From contig JBCCIH010000002.1 in assembly GCA_039028315.1 (NCBI GenBank), forward strand, positions 1 to 34,487: a stretch of DNA of 34,487 nucleotides, written 5' to 3'. The DNA comes from Thermodesulfobacteriota bacterium. Lineage in GTDB: Bacteria; Desulfobacterota_D; UBA1144; Nemesobacterales; UBA2774. The notes below the pieces were generated by a model. The model searched no databases and was not told where the DNA came from. It was given only the letters and a program-made list of their open reading frames with translations. This document shows positions 8,518 through 15,553 of the stretch, piece by piece. How positions within the stretch are numbered: position 1 is the stretch's first letter; every line of letters begins with the position of its first letter. A program made the position numbers and the translations under genes.

Positions 8518-8982
8518 ATGAAAATTTATCAATTAGAGCGCAAAATAAATCTCAAAATGGACATCAAAGAGGCTTGGGAGTTTTTCTCAAATCCCAATAA
8601 CCTACCACTTATTACACCTCCATCACTTAATTTAAAAATTACATCCGAGCTCCCTGATAAAATGTATACTGGGATGATTATTACCTACACCGTTGCTCCC
8701 GTAATGAATATCCCTATGACCTGGGTTACAGAGATAACCCACGTTGACGAGCCTCACTTTTTTATTGATGAGCAGCGCTTTGGTCCATATAAGTTCTGGC
8801 ATCATCAGCACAAATTTACCCAGATAGAAGGCGGAGTTGAGGCAACAGATCTAGTAAACTATGCCTTACCAATAGACCCGCTTAGCCGAATGGCGAATGA
8901 GCTTATGGTAAAGAGTCAGCTAAATGAGATCTTTGATTTTAGATCTGAGTATTTGTCTGATCGCTTTGGATTGCTTGAGTAA
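8518..8982 (+). CDS. SRPBCC (START/cyclase-dehydrase-like) family protein
   Basis: 154-aa ORF whose size and N-terminal pattern (..IKEAWEFFSNPNNLPLITPP..) fit the SRPBCC ligand-binding fold family as I recall it. Function unknown. Confidence 0.65.
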   Translation: MKIYQLERKINLKMDIKEAWEFFSNPNNLPLITPPSLNLKITSELPDKMYTGMIITYTVAPVMNIPMTWVTEITHVDEPHFFIDEQRFGPYKFWHHQHKFTQIEGGVEATDLVNYALPIDPLSRMANELMVKSQLNEIFDFRSEYLSDRFGLLE

Positions 8983-8985
8983 AGT

Positions 8986-10308
8986 TTGAAAAAAACGAAT
9001 ACGGTATTAGATTTAATTACCATGAGTGAATCTGTTGTAGACCTAAACAAGTATAAATTGGACCAGATAGATAGTGAACTTAGAAGAAAGCTGGTTGAGT
9101 ACTCAGAGCGGCCCGAGATACAATCTCAGCTGGGCGAGGCTTTTTATATCTGGAGAAACGATCCTGAGTTTACAAGTGAGGATATAAAAGAAGACCAAAT
9201 AGATGATCTTACTTTTGAAAAGTTCTTTGACTGGTTCTTGTATGATTTTAAGTTGCTCGATTCTGAGTTAAGAGTGGCCGAGAAATTTCTAGAGGAAGAA
9301 GGTCCTAATTTGGCTGCATCTGAAAGGGCACTTATAAAAGACTGGGTAAACAGTGTTCACAGTTTCTTTGAAGTTCAGGATGTAAAACCCGAAGAAAAAT
9401 GCAAGATAAAAGATTTATTCACCGGAAAAGTTTATGAAGTATTAGATAAGGCTTCATCCAAGCAGATAAAACGAAATGACATAATAGCAGCAAGACCGCT
9501 TAAAATAGGTAAAGAACACTACTTTTCAAGCATAGTATCTTTGTACCCCTCCCCGTTCAAAGAGATTATTTCAAAGTTTTTTAACCAGGAGTTAAAGGAA
9601 TATAGAAAACTATATGGTAAAACTAAATCCAAAGAGAAATATTTAAAAGACTGGGGATATCAAATCGGTGCTTATCTTGAAGAAACCGTAAACAATCCTC
9701 ATTTTGTAACACCTGAAGGACATGAGTTTGTTTTGGCCACATCAGATTATAATGTGCTGGATTATGAGAAGTGCGTTAAAAAACTAGTGGGGATAAAGTC
9801 ACTTAAGGAGCTCAGCGATAAAACTGAGGAGCTTCGGGTATTTTCTTGGGAAAAGGCCGGACGAAACAACATTACGGCGACGCTTGAGATTGAGCAAAAC
9901 AAGCTTCACGTAGAATGCTATTCCATAGATATGCTGGCAAAAGCCCGAGCAAAAATTGAAAAAGAGTGCGGAAGTTTTATTCAACATATACAAGACAGCA
10001 CAAAGGAACTGGATACATTTATTGATAGATCTTTAGATGAGCCCAAAAAACCAAAGAAATATCCACTCGGAGTTAAAAACAAAAAGGAGCTAGATTCTGA
10101 GCTTGATAGACACTACGACGGCTGGATCGATAGTCCGCTCGAAGTACTAGGTGGCATATCCCCAAAAGATGCTCTAAAAACCAATGAAGGAAAGCTCAAA
10201 TTGAACTCAGTAATTGATGAGCTTGAAATGATTTATGAGCATGCGAAAAAAAGAGGGGAGCCATATTATGATGTTAGCAAGCTTAGGAAAAAGCTTCAGT
10301 TAATTTAA
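8986..10308 (+). CDS. Uncharacterised 440-aa protein with a C-terminal DUF2384/MbcA-ParS-like helix motif
   Basis: Long uninterrupted ORF 3 nt after the SRPBCC stop. An FFDWFLYDFKL...ERALIKDWVNSVHSFFEVQDVKPEE..IKDLFTG block and a C-terminal WIDSPLEVLGGISPKDALKTNEGKLKL motif resemble a recurrent uncharacterised family. The start is uncertain (TTG at 8986 or ATG at 9022). Confidence 0.6.
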   Translation: MKKTNTVLDLITMSESVVDLNKYKLDQIDSELRRKLVEYSERPEIQSQLGEAFYIWRNDPEFTSEDIKEDQIDDLTFEKFFDWFLYDFKLLDSELRVAEKFLEEEGPNLAASERALIKDWVNSVHSFFEVQDVKPEEKCKIKDLFTGKVYEVLDKASSKQIKRNDIIAARPLKIGKEHYFSSIVSLYPSPFKEIISKFFNQELKEYRKLYGKTKSKEKYLKDWGYQIGAYLEETVNNPHFVTPEGHEFVLATSDYNVLDYEKCVKKLVGIKSLKELSDKTEELRVFSWEKAGRNNITATLEIEQNKLHVECYSIDMLAKARAKIEKECGSFIQHIQDSTKELDTFIDRSLDEPKKPKKYPLGVKNKKELDSELDRHYDGWIDSPLEVLGGISPKDALKTNEGKLKLNSVIDELEMIYEHAKKRGEPYYDVSKLRKKLQLI

Positions 10309-10805
10309 TTAGCGTTGTAGTCGCTTTTCTTGCCTGTGTACGCGTATAAATACCATATTACAATTGCCATTAGAGCCCCTAGAGAGACTTGAAGCAGAAT
10401 TAGTGATATTATCTTCAAATATGCAAAATCGGGGCTTACATATCGTATAAGCCATCCTCCAGCAATATCTCCAAGAGCTGAAAGGAAAGATGTCAGAATA
10501 AGAATCAATTTCCAAAGGTTGCTGATCTTTGTAAATAGAATTAGGTGGTTAAGCGTGACTAATATTATTGCCATTGCAAAGAAGTGAAAGTGCGCTTCCT
10601 CAAGCATGCCCAAGTAGCTTCTGGGCGGCCTAAAATCAGCCTCTGAACCCAGATAATAATTGACTACTGTCTCATAACTAAAACCTATCTGAAGGTATAA
10701 AAGAAGGTTTGTAATCCATAGAAAAACGAAAAAGATAACTGTAAAGAGGATAATCAGTTTTAAAAGAGTATTTTTTCTAATATCAGATGAAATGAAAAAG
10801 CGCAA
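10305..10805 (-). CDS. Four-TM integral membrane protein with an E-E-A-H-F-H motif, unknown function
   Basis: 166-aa ORF with four hydrophobic helices. His residues cluster in helix 2 (LEEAHFHFFAMAIILVTLNH). It starts 15 nt after the stop of the FMN-binding gene, so the two are probably co-transcribed. Confidence 0.7.
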   Translation of the reverse strand: MRFFISSDIRKNTLLKLIILFTVIFFVFLWITNLLLYLQIGFSYETVVNYYLGSEADFRPPRSYLGMLEEAHFHFFAMAIILVTLNHLILFTKISNLWKLILILTSFLSALGDIAGGWLIRYVSPDFAYLKIISLILLQVSLGALMAIVIWYLYAYTGKKSDYNAN

Positions 10806-10820
10806 TTTTTTGATCCTATA

Positions 10821-11369
10821 CTAATTAAGCATACCCTTTTCAGACGCTACTTTATATACAGCTAGAATTTTTCTAGTAGCTTGGGCAAGAGCAACTGCCG
10901 TGATTGTAGCTCCTGACATATTAGGGATATCTCTTCCTACTTTTAAGGTGTTATCTGTTGTCTTACCTTCAAAAAGCTGCATCCATTTGTCTCCTGCTTG
11001 ATAATCGGGAGGCTCAAAAAATGCCAGCACCTCTGTTTGTCTTAAGCTACCATCAGGATTAATTACAAACATTACGGTCTCGCTCCTGGTCCTGAGGGTA
11101 TGGGTGTCTATTATAGCATAGCCTATGATATTATCCCCATCTTTGGCTTCATAAATTATATAAAGCTTTGTATCGTTCTTAGCTTTAGCGATTGATTCTA
11201 TGGTCTTAGATTCCTCTGGGGTAAAAAATATTTCATTTCTTTCAATATCGGTAGCATTTGGAAATACAGTTTGAAGTGCTTCATTTCTTTTCATGAAAAC
11301 TTCAGCGTGTAACGAATGGGTAAATCCCAGATAAAGAATTGTTAAGATGATTATGATAGATGCTCTCAT
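10821..11369 (-). CDS. Secreted FMN-binding (FMN_bind) domain protein with an SGAT flavinylation motif
   Basis: Signal peptide MRASIIIILTILYLGFTHSLHA. The C-terminal DIPNMSGATITAVAL matches the S/T-G-A-S/T covalent-FMN site of the NqrC/RnfG/NosR-type FMN_bind domain. The start is taken at the ATG at 11369, which has a GAGGT SD 5 nt upstream. The ORF-track ATG at 11381 has no SD. Confidence 0.8.
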   Translation of the reverse strand: MRASIIIILTILYLGFTHSLHAEVFMKRNEALQTVFPNATDIERNEIFFTPEESKTIESIAKAKNDTKLYIIYEAKDGDNIIGYAIIDTHTLRTRSETVMFVINPDGSLRQTEVLAFFEPPDYQAGDKWMQLFEGKTTDNTLKVGRDIPNMSGATITAVALAQATRKILAVYKVASEKGMLN

Positions 11370-11380
11370 TAAGTACCTCA

Positions 11381-11421
11381 TATAATAAAACGGGCGCAGA
11401 AAGCTAATTCCTACGCCCGTT
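11381..11421 (-). terminator. Hairpin (AACGGGCG / CGCCCGTT, 17-nt loop) plus T-rich tail between the porin and FMN-binding genes
   Basis: Stem arms lie at 11389-11396 and 11414-21. On the minus strand the stem is followed by TTTTATTATA. It could be a partial terminator or attenuator within the cluster. Confidence 0.4.
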
Positions 11422-11444
11422 AATTTTCTATAGTTTAACCAGAC

Positions 11445-13025
11445 TTAGAACACATATCCAAGTCCGAAGTTAAACTGATTATCTCTATTGTTTGCAGCAT
11501 TATCAAGATACTGATATTCAGCTTTGATCACAACGTTTGGTATAGGTTTGTAATTAAGACCTATTGTTAGATCATCTCTGTCATTGGCTGGGTTACTAGA
11601 GAATCCTGATGGTACTTTTGATTGTGTATCATACTGCTCCCATCTTACAAATGGAGCTAGATACTGAGCATACTGACTAGTAAAGTTAGCTAGTGTAAGC
11701 ACATTATATGCACCAACTACATAGTAACCCCACTGCTCACTACCTACTGAATCATCGCCTTCAAGTCCGTTTAGAGCATTAATCCTTGCTCCATCATCTA
11801 GACTTGTGTAAGCAAAGAGTGATCTTGCTTCAAACCCTGCATACTGAAACTGTATGTCAGCCTCATACATCTGGAAGAAGCCGTCAAATTTATCACCGTC
11901 AAATTCAGATTCAGGGTTGTCAATTTTCTGGTTTTGACCACTATTTCCAAGCCAAATAGATCCACCGATTGCTACATATGGAACTGGCTGATATTCAACA
12001 CGGCTCACAAAAGCAACATCGTTAAACAGCGCACGGTTACCTCTAATACGTAGAGATCTGTTATTGTTTGGTCTAAAACCTCTAGCATCAACACTGTTCA
12101 TTACGTAAGCTCTATAGTTAATTGATCCGGCGTTACCAACATTAAATTCACCAAACGCACCAAGACCATTTTCTCTCCATGTTGTAGGAATAATCTGAGT
12201 TTCAACTGAGGGCCTAAATACTCCAAAGAAAGTGGTTGGCTCATGTACCTCATTTATGATACCAAAGGGTGTGAGAAGCAATCCACCTCTTAGGTTAAAC
12301 GCGGGGTGCAGTAGAAAATCCAAGAGGGCAAACTCTACAGACACCGAACCGCTCTGCCCGTCTTTATTAGCTGAGGTAGAAGCGTGTTCAAACTCAAGTT
12401 CTGAGTTAAAGATAATTCTGTCTGTGAATTTATATCCGAAATATAAAACCACTCTAAGTGCATCAACTACGTTATTGGCATCTTCTTTAATCTGACCAAC
12501 AAGTAGCTCACCATAACCACCGATGGAGAGTCCTTTATCTTTTAGATATACCTTTGATGCTGCTGGTGCAGCTCCGTATACCTGCTCATAAGTTGGGTCT
12601 TCGACAACTGATGCAGACTTGATATTGTCAATCTCTTCAGCCAATACACTGATTTTGTCTTCAATTGACTGCATTCTCTCATCAGACATACCAGAGCTCT
12701 TTACGTTCTGAAGCTCCTGAGTTACGGCTTGAAGTTTTCTTTCAAGCTGCTCAATCCTCTCGTCCTGAGTTTCTGTTTCATCATCGCTAAGCCTTTGAGC
12801 AACTTCGATATTCTGAGACTGTTTAGATTTCTCGTACTCAGCACGCTTCATTTGCTCAGCTCTTTGCTTATTATATTCCGTAAGTGAGTCTGAGAACTCT
12901 TGCTGATCCTCAGTTAACTCTGCAGACACAACATCTACAGAAACCCCTATCAAACAAACAAGCAAAAACGAAATAGCAACTATGGACAGAGCCTTAAAAC
13001 TTAAAAAACTTACAAAACTATTCAT
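11445..13025 (-). CDS. Porin-like outer-membrane beta-barrel protein with an N-terminal coiled-coil
   Basis: Signal peptide ending VVSA/ELTE, then about 100 aa of heptad-like charged sequence (RIEQLERKLQAVTQELQNVK). Next comes a long alternating-hydrophobic beta-strand region ending in the aromatic terminal signature GLGYVF. The start is taken at the ATG at 13025, with an AAGGAGG SD upstream. The ORF-track TTG at 13034 is too close to the SD. Confidence 0.7.
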   Translation of the reverse strand: MNSFVSFLSFKALSIVAISFLLVCLIGVSVDVVSAELTEDQQEFSDSLTEYNKQRAEQMKRAEYEKSKQSQNIEVAQRLSDDETETQDERIEQLERKLQAVTQELQNVKSSGMSDERMQSIEDKISVLAEEIDNIKSASVVEDPTYEQVYGAAPAASKVYLKDKGLSIGGYGELLVGQIKEDANNVVDALRVVLYFGYKFTDRIIFNSELEFEHASTSANKDGQSGSVSVEFALLDFLLHPAFNLRGGLLLTPFGIINEVHEPTTFFGVFRPSVETQIIPTTWRENGLGAFGEFNVGNAGSINYRAYVMNSVDARGFRPNNNRSLRIRGNRALFNDVAFVSRVEYQPVPYVAIGGSIWLGNSGQNQKIDNPESEFDGDKFDGFFQMYEADIQFQYAGFEARSLFAYTSLDDGARINALNGLEGDDSVGSEQWGYYVVGAYNVLTLANFTSQYAQYLAPFVRWEQYDTQSKVPSGFSSNPANDRDDLTIGLNYKPIPNVVIKAEYQYLDNAANNRDNQFNFGLGYVF

Positions 13026-13048
13026 CCTATCCAATACCTCCTTTATTT

Positions 13049-13067
13049 GATACTGATATTCGTTTTC
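13049..13067. promoter_or_regulatory. Fur-box-like 19-mer (gatactgatattcgttttc; 15/19 to GATAATGATAATCATTATC)
   Basis: Counted by hand. It lies 24-42 nt upstream of the porin ATG and overlaps a possible minus-strand TTGTAA-N18-TATCAG promoter. AT-rich background raises the chance-match rate. Confidence 0.35.
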
Positions 13068-13296
13068 ATCCGTAATTTACAAAAAGCATGTTATTTGTCG
13101 TCAGCTAATGAGTGAACTGTGTATTTAATTGATTGTTACATTGTTATTCATAGGGAAGCTTGTTTGATGGTACAAACTATTGATTATGAGAGATGAGAAT
13201 AAAAAGGAGATCGAGCCTCCCTATGAATTTTTGCAACATGCTTTAGAACAGCTTTATCCAATTCGTATTTTCCTATTATCAATGTTAAGAAAAGGA

Positions 13297-13356
13297 AAGA
13301 GGGGCGGCTGGCTAAGGTTATTAGGGCATAGTACTAAAAAAGATGCCGCCCCTCTT
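13297..13356 (-). terminator. 12-bp perfect GC-rich inverted repeat (AAGAGGGGCGGC / GCCGCCCCTCTT) with a 36-nt loop; probable terminator of the 78-aa gene
   Basis: Arms lie at 13297-13308 and 13345-13356. On the minus strand the stem is followed by TCCTTTTCTT. It starts 37 nt downstream of the 78-aa stop. The loop is unusually large for an intrinsic terminator. Confidence 0.45.
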
Positions 13357-13392
13357 TATGGCAAAATTTGTAATATTTCCAAGAATCATGGA

Positions 13393-13629
13393 TTATTGCG
13401 CCTGATTTCTGACATATATGTCAGGATAAGTGTTTTCATTGATAGATTTTACTTCTAAGGCTTCAATTATCATTTGGGTCAAACTAATTAAATGCTTTCG
13501 TTCCATCCTAAGAGTGATGTTTCCTATTGCTACGTGAAATGAATCACAGCAACTGCACTGCGAGACGTTTCCGATGTTTGAAGATGATAGTGAATATACT
13601 TTCTGAGTATCATTGCATAAAACAGCCAT
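13393..13629 (-). CDS. 78-aa hypothetical protein with four Cys (C5, C-x-C-C at 25-28)
   Basis: A strong SD (CTAGGAGGTTTTAAATG) lies upstream. A near-consensus promoter sits 97-124 nt upstream. I recognise no family. Confidence 0.65.
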   Translation of the reverse strand: MAVLCNDTQKVYSLSSSNIGNVSQCSCCDSFHVAIGNITLRMERKHLISLTQMIIEALEVKSINENTYPDIYVRNQAQ

Positions 13630-13700
13630 TTAAAACCTCCTAGAATATATTGTTACTAACTAATTTATTCCAACTTCTGATATATGTTCAATACTAAATC

Positions 13701-13719
13701 AATATTGATAATCAATTTC
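13701..13719. promoter_or_regulatory. Fur-box-like 19-mer (aatattgataatcaatttc; 15/19 to consensus, with an exact 9-nt TGATAATCA core)
   Basis: Counted by hand. It begins 6 nt downstream of the predicted -10 of the 78-aa gene promoter, so it would cover the transcription start. It also contains the 12-bp palindrome ATCAATATTGAT (13698-13709). Confidence 0.4.
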
Positions 13720-13725
13720 AATTAG

Positions 13726-13753
13726 ATAATACATTATGGATCTAGGATGTCAA
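13726..13753 (-). promoter_or_regulatory. Predicted sigma70 promoter TTGACA-N16-TATTAT for the 78-aa gene
   Basis: Minus strand: a perfect TTGACA (13753-13748), a 16-nt spacer, then TATTAT (13731-13726). Confidence 0.5.
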
Positions 13754-13775
13754 GGATTAAAATAAAAAAAGTTTT

Positions 13776-14435
13776 TTAAGGTATAAAAGTCTGGCTGAGA
13801 CTTACAATTATTAAGTCTCTTGATCTGCATTTAGCGGGCTCTGGCTGCCATTCATCTATCAATACTTTGGCTTCTTTGATCTGCACATTACTCATGTCGA
13901 TGCTGATTCGGTTCATAGATTTCTGAGCAAATTGAACTTCTCTCGGCGGTCCATACTTCTCAGCAAGCCCAAACCATTTATAAGCCTCCACAAGATCTCT
14001 AGGCTCGCCGCAGCCCTTTTTACAATTAAGCCTGGTATATGGAACACTTCTATGTGCAAAAACTACTCCCATGGTATTTAGCGCCTGTGGTTGAGCCTGA
14101 TTTGCCGCCCTTATCCACCATCTAAGGGCAGTATCCCGGTTTTTCCTAATTCCTAATCCATCGAAATATAGAAGCCCGATTGCATACTCTGCATCACAAT
14201 CGCCTCCTCTTGCCATTGGAAGCCACATTTTTTTAGCAATACGATACTCACCCTGCTGGTACCACTTTAGACCAATTTTGTAGTTATCATTCTCAGTAAA
14301 ATCACTCACCGGATTAGGAAGATCCTCGGTTAGTTCACTACTAAAATCTTTTGTTTGCTGACAGGAAATCATAAATAACAGTGAAAAAAATAGAAATACG
14401 ATCGATATAGTTTTACTATAAACTCTAGTTTTCAT
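13776..14435 (-). CDS. Sel1-repeat (SLR/TPR-like) lipoprotein
   Basis: Sel1 repeats are present (AEYAIGLLYFDGLGIRKNRDTALRWWIRAANQ, AQ..LNTMGVVF, EAYKWFGLAE). The start is taken at the ATG at 14435, which has a GGGGAG SD 6 nt upstream. This gives the signal peptide MKTRVYSKTISIVFLFFSLLFMISC with a lipobox Cys. The longer ORF-track start at 14543 has no support. Confidence 0.8.
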   Translation of the reverse strand: MKTRVYSKTISIVFLFFSLLFMISCQQTKDFSSELTEDLPNPVSDFTENDNYKIGLKWYQQGEYRIAKKMWLPMARGGDCDAEYAIGLLYFDGLGIRKNRDTALRWWIRAANQAQPQALNTMGVVFAHRSVPYTRLNCKKGCGEPRDLVEAYKWFGLAEKYGPPREVQFAQKSMNRISIDMSNVQIKEAKVLIDEWQPEPAKCRSRDLIIVSLSQTFIP

Positions 14436-14543
14436 TACATACTCCCCGTTGTGCTCTGAGAAAAAATAAATTTTCCATGTCAAAATATAGCGAATAATAA
14501 TACAAAGTAAAATCTCAAATATAAATAAACAGTATATTCGCAT

Positions 14544-14572
14544 TTGACAAAGCTCCTTGGAAGTGAAAGAAT
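14544..14572 (+). promoter_or_regulatory. Possible sigma70 promoter TTGACA-N17-AAGAAT upstream of metF
   Basis: A perfect -35 at 14544-14549 and a weak -10 at 14567-14572, 35 nt before the metF ATG (SD AAGGTG). Confidence 0.3.
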
Positions 14573-14606
14573 TTACAGTCTTAAAAGCAATAAATAAGGT
14601 GAATAA

Positions 14607-15515
14607 ATGCGATTTTCGGATTATTTGAACAATAAAAATAAAAAACCTCTAATATCATTTGAGATATTCCCGCCCAAGACAAAAAAGGGCTTGGATAATT
14701 TGCAATTTGAACTATCTCTGCTTACTACCTTAACGCCTGATTTTATTACTGTTACTTATGGCGCAATGGGTACAACAAGAGATAAAACTCTAGATATTGC
14801 ATCACTAATCAAAAACCGTTTTGGCATAGAGTCCGCATGCCATCTAACATGTGTCGGGGCAACAAAGAACGAACTTGACTCTATGCTTGAGAAAATTTAC
14901 CAAGGTGGAGTGAGAAACATTGTTGCACTTAGAGGAGATCCTCCGCAGGGTGAGACTAATTTTATTGCTTCCAAGGATGGATTGTCCCACGGCAATGAAC
15001 TTGTTGAACATATTAGAAATTTTGAATCTCGCAAAGCCAGTTCGGATCATTTCGGTCTCGCTGTAGCAGGCTATCCTGAAAAACATATAGAGGCCCCAGA
15101 GATGGATGTAGATTTGGCAAATCTAAAAAGAAAAGTAGACGCAGGGGCTGATGTCATTATCACACAATTATTCTTTGACAATAAGTATTATTTTGATTTT
15201 GTAGATAGGGTAAGAGATATAGGTATCAGCGTTCCTGTAATCCCAGGCATCATGCCAATACTATCTGCAAAACAGATAAAGAGAATTACCTCTATGTGCG
15301 GCACAAGCATACCACAGGAACTAAAAGCTAAGCTTGATTCGGCTACGGATGATGATGCTAAAGCTAGAGACATCGGAATCCAGCAATGTATTGAACAATC
15401 TAAAGAACTTATCGCCCGGGGGGTTCCCGGGATTCATTTCTATGTGCTTAATAAATCAACCCATATGATAAGAATAATGGAAGCATTGTCAGGTGATTTG
15501 GAAACAGCTACATAG
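14607..15515 (+). CDS. metF: 5,10-methylenetetrahydrofolate reductase
   Basis: 302-aa ORF with the MetF signature SFEIFPPKT, a TIM-barrel pattern (VTYGA, RNIVALRGDPP, AGYPEKH) and an FFD motif. Confidence 0.93.
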   Translation: MRFSDYLNNKNKKPLISFEIFPPKTKKGLDNLQFELSLLTTLTPDFITVTYGAMGTTRDKTLDIASLIKNRFGIESACHLTCVGATKNELDSMLEKIYQGGVRNIVALRGDPPQGETNFIASKDGLSHGNELVEHIRNFESRKASSDHFGLAVAGYPEKHIEAPEMDVDLANLKRKVDAGADVIITQLFFDNKYYFDFVDRVRDIGISVPVIPGIMPILSAKQIKRITSMCGTSIPQELKAKLDSATDDDAKARDIGIQQCIEQSKELIARGVPGIHFYVLNKSTHMIRIMEALSGDLETAT

Positions 15516-15553
15516 ATAACTCTTTTATCACAGTCAGTTACAATTAAATACAA

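Noticed and set aside
10309-10515. 68-aa minus-strand ORF nested in another frame inside the 4-TM membrane protein gene.
   Set aside because: It is fully contained within the longer ORF, which has coherent TM-helix structure. The nested frame gives a Cys/Arg/Ser-rich sequence with no SD.
13180-13458. Plus-strand 92-aa ORF (TTG start) in the porin/orphan intergenic region.
   Set aside because: It has a non-ATG start without an SD. It runs through the 12-bp GC-rich hairpin and overlaps the 3' end of the better-supported minus-strand 78-aa gene. Its composition looks like translated non-coding DNA.
13787-13805. Hairpin AAGTCT-CAGCC-AGACTT overlapping the last codons of the Sel1 gene, followed by a T-run after the stop, as a possible terminator.
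   Set aside because: The stem is short (6 bp), it lies inside coding sequence, and about 15 nt separate it from the T-run. This is not convincing without folding energies or 3'-end data.
14436-14543. 36-codon N-terminal extension of the Sel1-repeat ORF (MRIYCLFIFEILL...).
   Set aside because: The internal ATG at 14435 has a GGGGAG SD at ideal spacing and yields a textbook lipoprotein signal peptide. The extension is AT-rich, has no SD, and would bury the signal peptide.
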